From Eledone cirrhosa (Eukaryota), in the NCBI GenBank assembly GCA_964016885.1, contig OZ024748.1:14322001-14386000 (forward strand): a DNA stretch of 64,000 nucleotides, given 5' to 3'. Positions 1-14,059 of the stretch are shown one piece after another (the stretch's first letter is position 1; the number at the start of each line of letters is the position of its first letter). The notes beneath the pieces were generated by a model that saw only the letters and a list, made by a program, of their open reading frames with translations, was not told the DNA's origin and did no database searches. The position numbers were made by a program, and so were the translations under genes.

Positions 1-299
1 ACTAATTGAAAACAGAATAATTAATTAAAGATATATGATCCATCGTATAATTGTTTTTACATTCCTGGAGTATTTGAATACAAAGAGATACATTGATTTT
101 CATTTTTCTATAAATGAAATGTTCAAGTAATGTGGCTTATGACTTCTTAACATTGAAAAATTTCAATTTATTTTATGAATTTGAGAAGGTCAAAACGATT
201 TTATTTGTGACATTTCATTTCAAAGTATATCATATAATAAAAACAAATGTTTACTTTTAAAAATTGTAAAAGCAATTAAAATATCAATAAAACTAAATA

Positions 300-554
300 T
301 AACCCTTTTGATACTAAACTGCCTGAAACTAGCTATGGTTCTATGACACAAAACAGTTTGTTTTAAAGTGTATGTATTTATCTAAATATTTCTCATTATG
401 TAAGAAACTTTGTTAATTTGTATTCCAAATATCAGATTAATAGTGAGAAAATTAATTATATTATTAATCCATTTAAGTCCTTGATTATTTTCAAAACAAT
501 TTTTTTTTAAATAGGCAACATATTTCATTAGAAATATGGTAATGAAAAGGTTAA
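300..554 (+). mobile_element. piggyBac-type MITE (~240 bp family, TTAA-CCCT...AGGG-TTAA ends)
   Basis: Starts TAACCCTTTTGATA and ends GAAAAGGTTAA; internal sequence shared with copies at 10419, 8890, 20066, 45970 and 56019. Confidence 0.7.
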
Positions 555-731
555 ATGTTTGAAAATGTTTAATAGATGCTTTTGTGATACTCTGGAGTGT
601 CATATAGCAAGTGATAGATATTTACTTTTAAAATCTGTAAAACAATCATAAATTTTAATTTTACAGAATTTAAATAAAGTTTATAGAATAAAAATTAAAG
701 GCGATTTACTTAATTTCTATTCATGTATGTC

Positions 732-950
732 TTAACTCTTTTGATACCAACACTCTTCAGACTAATCCTGGTTCAATGATTCAAAACTGTTTATTTTAAA
801 GTGTTTCACTTAAAGTTAAAACTACTCTCAAAATTTTACTTATGAATCTTCTTTCATAATGGTAAATTTTGTTATTTTACTAAATCCATCTTAATTCATA
901 ACTCTTAAAAAAATTAATTGAAATATATGAACAAGGTATTTCATTGTCAT
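732..950 (+). mobile_element. Degenerate copy of the same TTAA MITE
   Basis: TTAACTCTTTTGATACCAA start; shared GGTTCAATGA and TACTAAATCC blocks. Confidence 0.55.
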
Positions 951-1379
951 AGAAGCAGTAATGGTGGAAACTTTTGGCATTCTAGTTCCCATACCATCTC
1001 CCTACTCACCGTTATCAGGGAAGAGTTGGCCACCTGCAGGAGTGAGCCCTGTGAGTTGGAATGGCTATTTCATTATATCTCTCTTGCTATCTCCACTTAG
1101 TCTACTGGAACAATGTGGGTGGTTGCACCTGGCGTCTGCACACCAGAAAATATTCATCCACACTTTTGGACTTTCTCAGGTTTCATTTTTTTTTTTTTTT
1201 TTTCAATTTCCAAAGAGAAAACAAAATATATATCTTCAGAAATATAATCATGAAGTGATTCAATCAATTATTAATTGAATTCTGCAGTATTTATTATCAA
1301 ACATATGTGAAGAAAAAAATTGCTACTTTTACTAGAATATTTCCCAATATCATGGAGTATGCCAGGATATGTCAGCAGT

Positions 1380-1760
1380 GAACAGGTAGGGTCGTTAGAC
1401 CATATGACAAAATGTTTTGTGGTATATGTTCGGGCTATCTCTTTTGAGTTAAAATCTTTCTGAGGTCAATTTTGTCTTTTGTACTTCTGGGGCCTTGATA
1501 AAATAATATATTAGCCCATGGTGGTGGCTTTGGGGAAATGTTAGAGCATCAGATGAAACGCTTTGCAGTGCTTGTTCTGGCTTATTTTGTCCTGAGTTCA
1601 AATTCTGCTGAGGTCAACTTTGCCTTTCTTTCAAAGTTGATATACTAAATTACTAGTCCAAGACAGTGTATTGGTGGAATTGGTAGTGTCAGATAAGATG
1701 GGTTGTTGTATTTGTTCCAGATCTTTGTGTTTTCTGTTCAAATCCTGTGCTGACTTACTT
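1380..1760 (+). mobile_element. Cluster of degenerate tRNA-derived Nin/Deu-domain SINEs
   Basis: B-box GAGTTCAAAT followed by GAGGTCAACTTTGCCTTT core; three partial copies. Confidence 0.6.
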
Positions 1761-2169
1761 GGGTGGTAGTCATTATCAGTTGCCTAGTTTAACACCAGCA
1801 TTTGGCCCTTGAATAAACATTTAGCCCAAATGTGTGGGTTGAGAATGGCCTAACAAATGTCATGAGCACTGTATAATGTCAGGTTCTCTGGAAGTTGAGA
1901 TTACACAGGAAAACAATTGTAACATTGGTAGCAAAAGGAATAATATTTCACATATATTATGTGATATAGCTTCATGGGGAACGTATATTAATGGTGATAA
2001 ATGATAATATATATTTTGTAATTTCTCCTAAAGATTGTGACCAGTAGATAGTATCAGCAATGGAAAGACCAATGGAAATATTGTCTCCTTGGTCCACTTG
2101 TATGTGGCCCACCCTAATCGGTAAGTTGTTATTGAAGTAATAATTTTAGTAAATCCCTCTGAATTCTTC

Positions 2170-2496
2170 TTTAACAACTTTCATACTAACCTTGCTGAAA
2201 CCAGCCCTGTTTCTACAACACAAAACTATATATAACCAAACATCTTCAATCATAATCTTATATAAGAATCTTTCTTATGGGTTCCAAACACTAGCTTAAT
2301 AATAGGAAAGTTAGTTTCATTTTATTAAAAATATAGCAATGAAATTATTTAAATGTTTATATTTATTAAAAAAAAAAATCATAATTTTATATTAGAAATT
2401 TTAAGTTATGCTCAAAACACTAGCTTAGTAATGAGAAAATTCTTTAAACATTGTAGACAGTGTCTTTCTTTAGAAATATGGTAGCAAAACGGTTAA
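2170..2496 (+). mobile_element. Partial TTAA MITE copies
   Basis: CAAACACTAGCTTAATAAT block twice; ends AAAACGGTTAA. Confidence 0.5.
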
Positions 2497-3062
2497 CATT
2501 ATTTATGACTTGAGATAATTTAAAAGTAGTAAAACATCATTGCTACACTTTGTTATTGAGTTGAATAAGCTCCAGAAGTAAATTTGGTTGCTAAAATTGT
2601 ATTCTAAAGAGAATATTAGTAAGTAGATCAGTACAAAGTAGTGAATAAATATAAAGTCTGTCACACCACCCTTCTGAGCTCTTTTCAAAAGTACTTTGAC
2701 AAACATAGTAAATGGCAAACAAGTTGATTTCAGTGTTTAAATAAAACCATTTCTAGTATAAAATATAAAGATTTAAGAGTTTGGCCTAGAAAATAAATAT
2801 TTGCAGCTGTTTCTAAGAACATTTGAAGATATTTAGCAGTTATGGTAATGTTCAAATTAAGATGTCAACCATAGATTCCATAGCATTTTATAGTTGTGTG
2901 TATATATATATATACACACACACACACATATATGCATACAATGCTTATATATATATATTCACATAATTACACCCAGACACACACATATATATATATATAT
3001 AATAAAATAAATTATCGCTCTATTTGGCTGAATACAATAAATGTAATCTGAGTTTTTCGAAT

Positions 3063-3112
<50 letters not shown>

Positions 3113-3534
3113 TCATTTTCTTTAAGCTAAATATTCAAACTCATTACTCCTGAAATTTATAAATTAAAACAATGAAAAAATAAAATCTCTTATAGTATCC
3201 GAGATATAGTATTTTATAATCAGGAAAAGACTTTATGTTCACCCTGTATATAATGTGTGTGTATATATTTCAATATAATCAAAGTGGAATGCTTGACTTG
3301 CAAATATTTGATTAATAAGCAACATTAATTTCATTAGTTTTTCATATTCTCTAAATCCTTTATATTATATTTTTGCCAGTTAAAATAAATCTTCCAACAA
3401 AGTACACCCTATAGGGTTCAAATAAATATATAATGATTTATATGTATTTGTGCCAGTCATTAAGTAACAATGAGGATTTAAATTGAATTTCCTTCGCTTA
3501 GTCTGGTCTAATTTGTTATTTGAGTTATGTTATT

Positions 3535-3770
3535 ATTGGCTGAATCAGTAGAGACTCGAACAACATGCTATGCAACATACAGTTATAACCCTTTATGTTC
3601 TGAGTTCAAATCCTGGCGAGGTTAGCTTTGCCTTTCATCCTTATGGAGTCGATAAAATAAAGTACCAGTAATACGTTGGAGTTGACATAATCGACTTTCC
3701 CCTCCCCAAAATTGCTGGCCTTGTGCCTATAGTAGAAATCATCATTATTATTATTGTTATTATTATTTGA
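3535..3770 (+). mobile_element. Nin/Deu-domain SINE
   Basis: A-box TGGCTGAATCAG, B-box GAGTTCAAATCC, core GCCTTTCATCCTTATGGAGTCGATAAAATAAAGTACCAG, (ATT)n tail. Confidence 0.8.
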
Positions 3771-4019
3771 AAGCTTGCATACATTTTGTCGTGTTTCAAT
3801 ATTCTTTTTATTAAGGCTAAATAGTGTGTCTTATTACTCTGGAGTTCGACTGTCTATCACAGGGTCATCAAATGGTTCCTGTCTCATAACCATGTGATGC
3901 ACAGGCGAAATCCCAGAGTAACAAGGCTGACTATATAGCTTTAATAAAATGAATATATATATATATATAAGCAAGGACCTGACAAATGTATGGAACAGAA
4001 TGCTTGTGAAATTAATAGT

Positions 4020-4205
4020 GGCTGAGTATTCCAGACATGTGCACCTTTAATGTAATCACAGTGTGAGAAAAACTCATTTTTCCTCCTAAGTGAAAAGAAC
4101 ATGCAATAACGTGTATTGCTCAAGGACACAACACACAATTAGAAATCAAACTTATGACCTTATATTTGTGAGCTGAACACTCTAACCACTAAGTTAGGAG
4201 CCTTC
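4020..4205 (-). mobile_element. tRNA-headed SINE with Meta/V-like GTGTCCTTGAGCAA block
   Basis: Plus strand TTGCTCAAGGACACAAC...CTAACCACTAAG. Confidence 0.6.
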
Positions 4206-5699
4206 GAACTATATAACTGTAAAAATATCGAATTGAGTATTAGTGAAACATATACTAATGATGATTTCTCCCATAAATCTTGTCTCTCAGAATACAAAAT
4301 TATCCATAGTGCTAAATGGGTTATTTATGCTTTCATTAGCAATAAACTCCTAATGGAATTTTAGGGACCTAGTCGTGACTTATAGCATGTCTCAGACATT
4401 TCAACCTGGTGGAACTTATCCTTCTCCATGTCTGATAGAGCTGAATTTTTTCCAGAGATATAGAAAGTAGAAAGGGGGAAAGAAATGTGAAAGATAGGGT
4501 AAAAAACTGATCCCAGTAATGGACTAGCAGTTTATTTATTGACCTTGAATGTATGACAGTCAAAGTTGACCTCAGAGTGCTGGAACAGATGTTATAAAGT
4601 ATTCTGTCTGTGGTTGTAAGGATTCTATCTGTTTGCGATGCAATGAAAAGTGTTAAGCAAGTAAAATTTCTTTTAAATTCTTTATGAATCTTAAATGTTA
4701 ATAAATAAATATTTTACAGTTCTGAAAAGTTCTCCAAATAAAAACCTTTGAAATATATTTAATCCTGACAAATTACTTCTAGATATTCTTATTCCTTATT
4801 ATAATAGTTAACATGAAGCATTGTGAAATTGTGAAAAATGTGGTTAAGATTTTTTGGGAAACGGGTACAGTGCAGGATAGAAACTAAGGAGTGAAAACTA
4901 GAGTAAATTAAGACAAACAAAATAACTGTTTACATTTTTACTTTATATTTCATGATATTTCAGGGTTAGAAACATTTTTTTCAAACAGAATAGTATTAAT
5001 AGTTCCTCAGTGTGTTTCAGCAAAAATCAAAATTCAACCCTTTTAATACCAACTCGATCAAAACAAGCTCTGGTTCTATGAATCAAACCCAGCCATTTTA
5101 AAGGGTTCCTATTTAAATTAAAATCTTCCAACATAATTTTATATAAGAACAATATAATTTAAATTTTTTCTCTTTTTCTCTCTTCCTGTTTATCAATTAC
5201 AATTCTTTAAATACTTTTATTATTAAATACTTATCTGTTAAATGGTGAAAAACAAAAATGTTACTTAGTAATTAAATAATAATTTCAGTTAATTCCCTTG
5301 AAAATTTTCATTAATTATTTGAAATATATTTCATTAGTTATGTGGTGACAAGGGGGTTAAAGAATTGTTCAACAATGTTTTTCTTAGTTTTGAATTAAAC
5401 CTTGTCACTGTCACTGTGACTGGTCAACAGAAATTCCTCAGATAGGAAGGAGGTTATAGATAACTGCCCTAAGAAATGAAAATTTAACTGCAAGAATATT
5501 TCTTCAGAGAAATACAGCTAGATATTCTTCTTTGTTTTCTGTACTCAGCATTTGCAATGAAAAATATATGAACATTTAATATAAATATTATAATCTTCGA
5601 TGATTTTATTTCAGTGTTTTCTTAATAAATATATTAAATTAGTTGTGACAACACAGGGATTGAAAACATCATTAGAATACAAGTTACCAAAAATTTACA

Positions 5700-6212
5700 T
5701 TTATATATATATACATGATACATATATATTGTATATATATAAATGATTCATATGATATATATATATTTGTATATATATAAATGATATCTATATATATATT
5801 ATATATATATATATATTATATATATATATAAATGATATCTATATATATATTATATATATATAAATGATATCTATATATATATTATATATATATAAATGAT
5901 ACATATATATATTATATATATAAATGATACATATATATATATATTATATATATAAATGATACATATATATATTATATATATAAATGATACATATATATAT
6001 ATATTATATATATAAATGATACATATATATATTATATATATATATATACACACGATACATACATACATATATGATACATAAACACATGATATATATATAT
6101 ATATGATACATATACACATGATATATATATATATATGATACATATACACATGATACATATATATATATGATACATATACACATGATACATATATATATGA
6201 TACATATACACA

Positions 6213-6270
<58 letters not shown>
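5700..6270. repeat. TA-derived minisatellite (~30-bp units with AAATGATAC/CATGATAC cores) ending in (TA)n
   Basis: Periodic ATATATATAAATGATAC motif visible directly. Confidence 0.9.
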
Positions 6271-6273
<3 letters not shown>

Positions 6274-6764
6274 GTGTATGTGTGTGTGTGTGATACATAT
6301 AACTCAAACCTGGATTGAAAATAATTTTGAAAAAAAATTCAGTTTTTTTTTCTTTTTAAACACTTTAAAAAATTTGAAAACCAAAACAAAATTTTAAATA
6401 ATACATTAAAAAACTACAAAAAGTTTATATTTCATTTGGGGTTAATGAAAAAAAAATTCAAATTTAATTTATCATGCAGCCTGGTTAACCATTGGTTGAT
6501 ATTTGGTGGAAATATGTTGTCATTATAGGAAAGGAATTTTATCAACAAAATAAATAAAATTAAATAAAATAAATTAAAATAAATACATTATAAAACTCTT
6601 ATATATTGCACAGGAAAATAATTTTTAAATACAAGCATCTTTTTACCTACTAAAATGTTTGAAGTCTAGAGAGAAATTATTGAAAAAAAAAGCCCCTTGA
6701 TTTTAGGACCATCTAACTATCTGTAATTTTCTCATAGAACATTGTATGTTTGTGTACATATTCC

Positions 6765-6799
<35 letters not shown>

Positions 6800-7589
6800 G
6801 CATGCATGCATGTGTATGTGTGTAGGTGACTTTACAAATATGATGTTGCTGATGGAAATATTTAGATGAAAATGAAAATTATTTTTGAATTTAGAAACTT
6901 ATAAAATATTTCTAGTGATTTTTTTTCCTTTTTTTGGTGGTTTGATTTTATTTTATTTCAAATGTTTTAAATTTCGACAAATATTTATGAGTAAGATATA
7001 ACTTCAGATTTCACTTAATAAAAAAAAAAGCAGTAGGTGGAAAAATCCAAAATCAACCAAAACCAAACTCAAACTTCAAATGAACATACAATAGGAGATA
7101 GTATTTTGATTATTCCTGTACTATATATCACCTTATTGTATGTAGGACTTCACATTATAGAAAATAATAATAAGAAGAAGTCAATAGTATGTGTCCAACA
7201 ACTTAGTAGTTATCAATATACTATTGAAGGGGGTATTGCATTCATTTTTGTTTGGTCTTTGGCAGTTTATATTATTTCATTGAAGTTGTCTTACTTTATG
7301 GAATGAAATTTCAGATTACAGTAAAGAAATATCTTATAAAATAAACAAACACTATTTTTATTATGAATTTTTTTGAATTTTTTAAAATTTCTTTATTATA
7401 CTTGTCTTAGATGTGTGTATGGTATGAACCTGTAACTCCTGCAGGAATCATAGGGATGTCATACTGACATACAGTGTTTCTTAGGGCTATTTTAAAACCT
7501 GGTGGAGACCATCTTCTCTCCCAGCCTGAGTACAGCAGATTTCTTCCAGAGAAGGATAGAGAGTGAGAAAAAGGAAGTGAGAAAGAGAT

Positions 7590-7762
7590 ATAGAGGAAGA
7601 ATCGACCCCAGTACAAAACTGGTACTTTATTTTATCGACCTCAAATGGATGAAAGGCAAAGTTGACCTCAGCAGGGTTTAGACAGAGAGAACAGAGAGCT
7701 GGAACAAATACTGCAAAGCACTCTATCTGATGTTCTAATGACTTTGCCAATTCGCTGCCTTA
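7590..7762 (-). mobile_element. Nin/Deu-domain SINE
   Basis: CTGGTACTTTATTTTATCGACC...GGATGAAAGGCAAAGTTGACCTC is the reverse complement of the core. Confidence 0.8.
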
Positions 7763-7776
7763 GATGTATGTATACT

Positions 7777-7947
7777 TACCATATTTCCTGGCATTGAACA
7801 CACACCCAAATTTTGGGTCGCTAAATTTTAGGAAAAAAAAGTTTAGGCCTATGACTAATGTAACATTTGGCCTCCAAGATGCAGGTAAATTTTTAGATGT
7901 ATTTTGGGGAAAAGAAACAGTGCCTTCTACAACCAGGGAATATGGTA
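7777..7947. mobile_element. pogo/Tigger-like MITE with TA target duplication
   Basis: TIRs TA-CCATATTTCCTGG ... CCAGGGAATATGG-TA. Confidence 0.7.
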
Positions 7948-8446
7948 ATTGTATATGTATATATATTATATATATGTGTGTGTGTGTTTATATATATTTA
8001 CAAGTGTGTGTAATAAAATCACCGTTCACAACTTACTGAGGAATAAAATAAAAGTCTCTAGTTGTAATTTTCTTGTTTGGGTTTTTTGCTGCCAGATGTG
8101 AGCAGATTTTTGTTCAGAAAACGCTATCAAATAAATATGTATTTAATTATTATTTTTAAAAGTTTTATTTACAAGTAATAAATAGTAATAATCATGTTTT
8201 TAAGATTGTTAGTTCAGTTTTGTCAATATATATCAAATGTTATCATAATTTAGTTCCACCTATATTTCTGTCTTATGCCTTACATTGTGTATTTATGATC
8301 ACATAAGTTGTGGGAAATTTGTCAACATACAAATGTGCATATAATTACATGCCATATCACATGACTTCATTCATTCATTAAATTTTGTGATATTTGTTTG
8401 TAGTTTAAAATATGAGCAAATGTATGTGTGTGTGTGTGTGTGTGTA

Positions 8447-8700
8447 GTGAAGGCATATGGCCTAGTGATTAGTGTGTTGAACACATGATCATCAAGTCAT
8501 GTGTTTGATTCCTAGACCAGGCAGTGCATTGTGTTCTTGAGCAAGATGCTCCATTTCACATTGCTCTTCATTTAAATTGTGGGGACTGTAGAATTATACC
8601 AACTAAAAACAACCTTCTATGAGATGCTAACTATTAGAAGGCTTGCAGAGGCAAGAGCTGTAAATTTCATCCTCAATGTGTGTATGTGTATATGAATGTA
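8447..8700 (+). mobile_element. tRNA-headed SINE with Meta/V-like block
   Basis: GTGAAGGCATATGGCCTAGTG A-box, degenerate B-box, GTGTTCTTGAGCAAGA block. Confidence 0.65.
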
Positions 8701-8889
8701 AAATGAAAATATCCCCTCCCCTATAGAAGTAAAAAATTTAAGTAACATAGCTAATGGTACTTACCCAAGGTTCTAAAAGCTTGTTGTATTGAGTGAATTC
8801 TAAGATTGTTAATTTAAAAAAAAAGCTGTGTGTGAGTGTGATATTTTCCTAGCTTCTTGCTTAACACTTATAAATGTAGGCCATAGGTA

Positions 8890-9333
8890 TGGAATCTTTT
8901 TAATACTAAACCATCTGAAACTACCTGTTTCTCCAATACTAAACCTTTTCTCTTATAATGTTATATTTATCTAAAAATCTTTCATAATTTTATGTAAGAA
9001 CCTTTATGTTATGCTCCAAATACCAGTTTAATTAAGGGAGAGTTACTTATATTAATAAATACATCTGCAAATTCTTGATTAATTTCAAAATAATATGTAG
9101 TCTCTTTCGTAAGAAATACAGTAATGAAAGGGTTAATTAAAATGTTTATATTAATCTAAAAATGTTCCATAATAATCTCATGTAAAACAAGTTAAGTTAT
9201 GCTTCAAATACCAGCTTAATAATGAGGAAGTTATATATGTTACTAAATCCCTCCAAATTCCTGATTATTTTTTAAATGATTTGAAAATCATAGTCAGTGT
9301 CTTTCATTAAATGTATGGTAATGAAAGGGTTAA
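8890..9333 (+). mobile_element. Two tandem TTAA MITE copies
   Basis: Both end GTAATGAAAGGGTTAA (9136 and 9333). Confidence 0.7.
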
Positions 9334-10418
9334 GTAAATCTAAATGAACTTTCTATTAATAAATGTAATGATCATTCTTCAAAGGTAGTCTTTTGTCAAT
9401 TGTAGTTTAGTAATTGAAACTAGTAAAATATAAAGTTTTGTTAGATGTGTGTTATTCCTATTATCATTGTTCATATTTGAAGAAATTATTTCTCCTGTTA
9501 TAGAAGTAGCCATATAAATGTTAAACTTCTACACTGACACATTCTGTCTTGACCTATAACTGTTGAACATACTACAGCAATTTCAATAACCTTGACCAGT
9601 GTTACCATTACTACTGACTAAGCAGCTGTACAGAACTTAGGGGAGCTCATTACTGACCCTCAATGGAAATATATATAAATATATATATATGATATATATC
9701 TTTGCCACATAGTAGAACTGTGGAAATATCCAAAGCAGTGGAGAGGATTGTATGATGTTAGACTTGCCACATAATTTAGCATGGGTGAGTGTGAACTGTG
9801 TTGTGGAAAATGCAGGCTTAGTAAATGTTATAGTGTACCCAGAGCAAGAAGTGTCAAAAGCTAGATTTGTCAACTTACTAAATTATAAGTTAAAGTTATT
9901 TTATTTGGGCGAATAAAACATGTTTTGGGGCTAGTTTAGGGTGTTAAATAACCATGTGATGGCTTTGGTTAAAATTATTATTATTTCTTCTTTATAATTT
10001 AGAGCTAAATGCAATGATATGAAATATTCACACAGGTTCATTCTCTCATATAATTTGAAAGATCTTTGTAGATGAATACCACATTAATAATAAATACATT
10101 GATAACAACGTTTCACCCCATCTGGAAGTTACTGTTTCCTCTCGTCTGCATTGCATGAATGTTATTGCAGATAACAAACAGATAATTCCAGTAACTGGAA
10201 CATTTTAAAACATTTTTAATATCTTCAACCCATTTCACACCAAACTGCCTGATACCACCCCTCGTTCTAAGATATAAAACTGTTTGTTTTAAAGTATTGT
10301 TTAAAGTCACAAAAACTATGACATTCTTATTAAGAGGTTGTGTCCCTTTGCATTTCAGATACCTAGGTGCAAACCTGTGGCCTACAATCTGGAACATATA
10401 TACTTTCAAGTTTTTATA

Positions 10419-10657
10419 TTAACCTTTTTGATACCAAGCCCCCTGAAACAGCTCTTGGTCTTATGATAAAAAGAAACTGTGTATATTTAATAAAACCCTC
10501 CCATCAAAATTTTATGTAAGAACTTTTGTTATGGTCTAAACACCAAGTTAATAAAAAGTTACATTACTAAATCCCTCCAAATTCTTATTTTCAAAATGAT
10601 TTGAAAAAAAATCATAGGCAGTGTATTTCATTAGATATATGGTAATGAAAGGGTTAA
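10419..10657 (+). mobile_element. Full-length piggyBac-type MITE with TTAA at both ends
   Basis: TTAA-CCTTTTTG...TGAAAGGG-TTAA. Confidence 0.75.
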
Positions 10658-12237
10658 TGGTTTAAACATATTTCCATAAGACACCCAGCAATATGTGACA
10701 TCAGTCAATATTGAAGTACATTTCTCTGCACTTAAACCTTCTTGTCTTGTAATTTACCATCATCTAATACTGTTTTGGAACCTAAAGTAATTATGATACA
10801 TCATTCACTATTGAACTTACATTCCTTTACATTTAAAATGTACTGAGGAATGATGGAAGTGAATGAACGAGAGGGGTGATGGAAATGAATGTGGAAGGAA
10901 GTAGAGGAAGAAGAAAAGACTAAGACATGACTAAAGATGATGGAAAAGGAGGAAATGAAAGTTAGTTAGAGGAGGGGATGAAAATTAGAGAGAAAAATGG
11001 AGAATCCAAATGGCTAACCATAGCTATAGCAGGGGAAATGGTCTTAAAACACTTGTCATAGCTGTTGTCTCTTCTACACCTAAAACAGCTTGTCTTATAA
11101 TTCCCATTCACTGCAATACTTTTTGGAACCTACAGTAATATGTTAGAAACAGGGATGTGGCTTTAATCAGTAAATCATAGTTTTTAGTTTCCAAAATAAA
11201 GTGAATCTATTTGTCCCCAAAAGAGCAAAAAAAAAAAAAAAATGTAGAATTGATTTTGTATAGATACATAGATTTAAAAAAAATCAATCTACAATTATTT
11301 CATGGATTATCAGTTCATTGTTTTATTTTTTTTTTAAATATAAAATATTGATTGTAAGTATTATTAATAGTCTTATTTTCATTATGTGCTGTCACTGCAT
11401 TATCAAGCACAGGTCTGTGCGTCTTCAATGTGTGTTTATGGTGTTCTTGTTTCTATTCTGTTAAAAGTAATCTAAAATGTGGGCAGTGCCTGTTAGTGTT
11501 GTTATTTTCTGTGTGTTCTATACATGTGTAAGTCCCAAGGTATTTAACATAATATGTATACAGTATTTATTAATGCTATTTTTTCTATAGTCCTGCAGTT
11601 TGGGTTACATATGTATCTGTGTCTTTTTATTATCATTCCCAAAGCACCTATTATTATAGAAATTGTCTCTGTTTTCCTCATCCTTTATTGTTATTGGTAT
11701 TATTATTATTATTATTAATATATAGTAAACCTTGACTATAAAAATTTAGCATCTGCCCTTATCACTGATTTTGATTCAGTCAAAGAGAAAAAGAGGTGTG
11801 CATGCAAGAACTGTTTTATTATTATTATCATCATCATTAATAATTTGTCTTTCACTTCTATGGGGCATTCCAAAACAAAATACTTTTCTGATATTTCTGA
11901 TAGAGGTTTTAGGGAATGGAGTGAGAATATAATATACACCTTCCTTCCGGCAATGAATACTTACACACATACACATACACACACATACATGCACACACAA
12001 ACACATGCAGTTTATTTCATTAGCTAGGTCTTTGATAGTAGTGTATTGTTTATAGTTATAAAATATAGTCCCAATATCAGTTCATTAAAAACATTTAATA
12101 AATTTGTATTTTGTTAGATATATTTTCTTCTTAAATTTATTTATACCTTTTGTAATACACTGAAGATTATATAAATGTATTAGAAATATTTATTCTAATA
12201 GCTATTGTCCAGTTTTTAAACAATTTCAGATTGTTCC

Positions 12238-12578
12238 CAGTGGCGGATTAAGGGGGCAGAATAGACAGTGTTGTAGCCAGGGACCCCACAATAATTCAAA
12301 GAAAAAAGGAAAGAAGCTGATCATCAGATTGAACCTAGGAAACAATGTTTCTATTGGTCTTTTCATTGTTGATATTTTTTGCTTGTCACAACTTCTGGCA
12401 GAAAGAACAACATAAAGGTAAAATATTTGGCTCATGAAATAATATTTAAAAAGCCCCAAAATTATTTTTTTTGCTACCATAAATATTATATTATACCTAG
12501 ATGAATCTCATAAGTTTAATGCAACAACCCTAATGCATATTTCAGCATGGGGGCCCATGTAAGATTAATCCACCCCTG
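12238..12578. mobile_element. hAT-like MITE containing a SINE fragment
   Basis: TIRs CAGTGGCGGATTA ... TAATCCACCCCTG; subterminal GGGGCCC-type motifs; no clear 8-bp TSD. Confidence 0.55.
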
Positions 12579-12599
12579 ATAGAGCCTTTGAATAAATCC

Positions 12600-13203
12600 T
12601 CTTCCTTTTGTCATCTGTTTTCTTCTTTTTGTTTTTATAATTAAATTTAAATTCTTGACTTTGTTCAGGAAATTCAAGCAACAGTAAATTTGATTCCAAA
12701 ATGAATTTCTGAAGGATGTATTAGTATAAACCGAATGAGCTTTTTATTTTTTTAAATTCTTTCTCTCTCTTTCTCTCTCTGTTTCTATAGTTCCTTGCTT
12801 GTCTCCCATTATTGAAGACATAAAATATGTTTAATGCCACTTCACCCTGCAAGTTCTATTGTGGAGCTCATACTATAAACACACATATATGTATGTATAT
12901 ACACATATATGTAGTGATGTACATTGTACATTTTGCCATTTCTGTGCCACAAGAGCAATGACTTGCAGGGAAGGTTTCATACTTTTGTATTCTTTCCATT
13001 GGTGCGATAAACTGATTGGGTTACACACTAACATTTCCACATGAAATTTAATCTAAAGCAGATGAGTAACTCCTGCCTTTCTTTTATACATCATGTATGT
13101 ATATATTTAAAATATACCATGTAAAATGAACCTACATATATATATATATATACATATATGTCTATATATATATGTGTATATATATAATATGCATATATAT
13201 ATA

Positions 13204-13249
<46 letters not shown>

Positions 13250-13288
13250 TATATATATATACACACATATATATATATATATATACAC

Positions 13289-13321
<33 letters not shown>

Positions 13322-13914
13322 TATATATACATATACATACATACAACATTATACATATTGTATTTGCATGTCTTTTTTTTTCTTATAAAATATTCAATGT
13401 GCATATAGATATAATATATCTATTGTCATCTTTTATTATTGGCATGGCAGCATGCTTATATCTCTGCTTAACCAAACGTAAGTGTTGGAAAGAACTGGAG
13501 CACCAATCCCATACCGTTGCTTTCATTTTAACACATATCTTCTGTAAAAGGAACACTCTGAATAAATCACATATATACGTATGTGTAGGTGTATTAAGCT
13601 GCAGTATTACATGGTTCAGATCCCATACACACACACACATAACTGTGTATATACATGTATATATATTGCTGAGACTATGCACTCGCAGTGAAAGTGTGAC
13701 AGGAAATCCATTCTTTTATATTGCATAAACACACCCTCTATATACCTATGTGTATATGTATGCCTGTGTATAATGGTATACGTTTAGCTTCATCACCATA
13801 TATCCACTGTTAACCGACATACAAAACCACATATTTTGTCCTTACAATAATACATTAATGTGGTAAAACCCTTTCTTTTTATGATTGTTCATTTCATTAT
13901 TACAGTCATTATAA

Positions 13915-13949
<35 letters not shown>

Positions 13950-14023
13950 TCACCTCAAAACCCTCTATTTAAAACTCACATTGGAAAAAAAATGATAAAG
14001 GAAATATTGTTACAAACAAAAAA

Positions 14024-14059
<36 letters not shown>

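Noticed and set aside
961-1278. 105-aa plus-strand ORF
   Set aside because: No recognisable domain and it runs through a poly-T tract
7780-7820. Minus-strand exon-like segment reading RPKIWVCVQCQEI (zinc-finger-like)
   Set aside because: Lies inside a MITE; the apparent donor is part of its TIR and TA target site
9716-9915. Open plus-strand frame (GEDCMMLDLPHNL...VIVYPE) vaguely like a Helitron helicase segment
   Set aside because: No diagnostic motif; cannot be supported without a profile search
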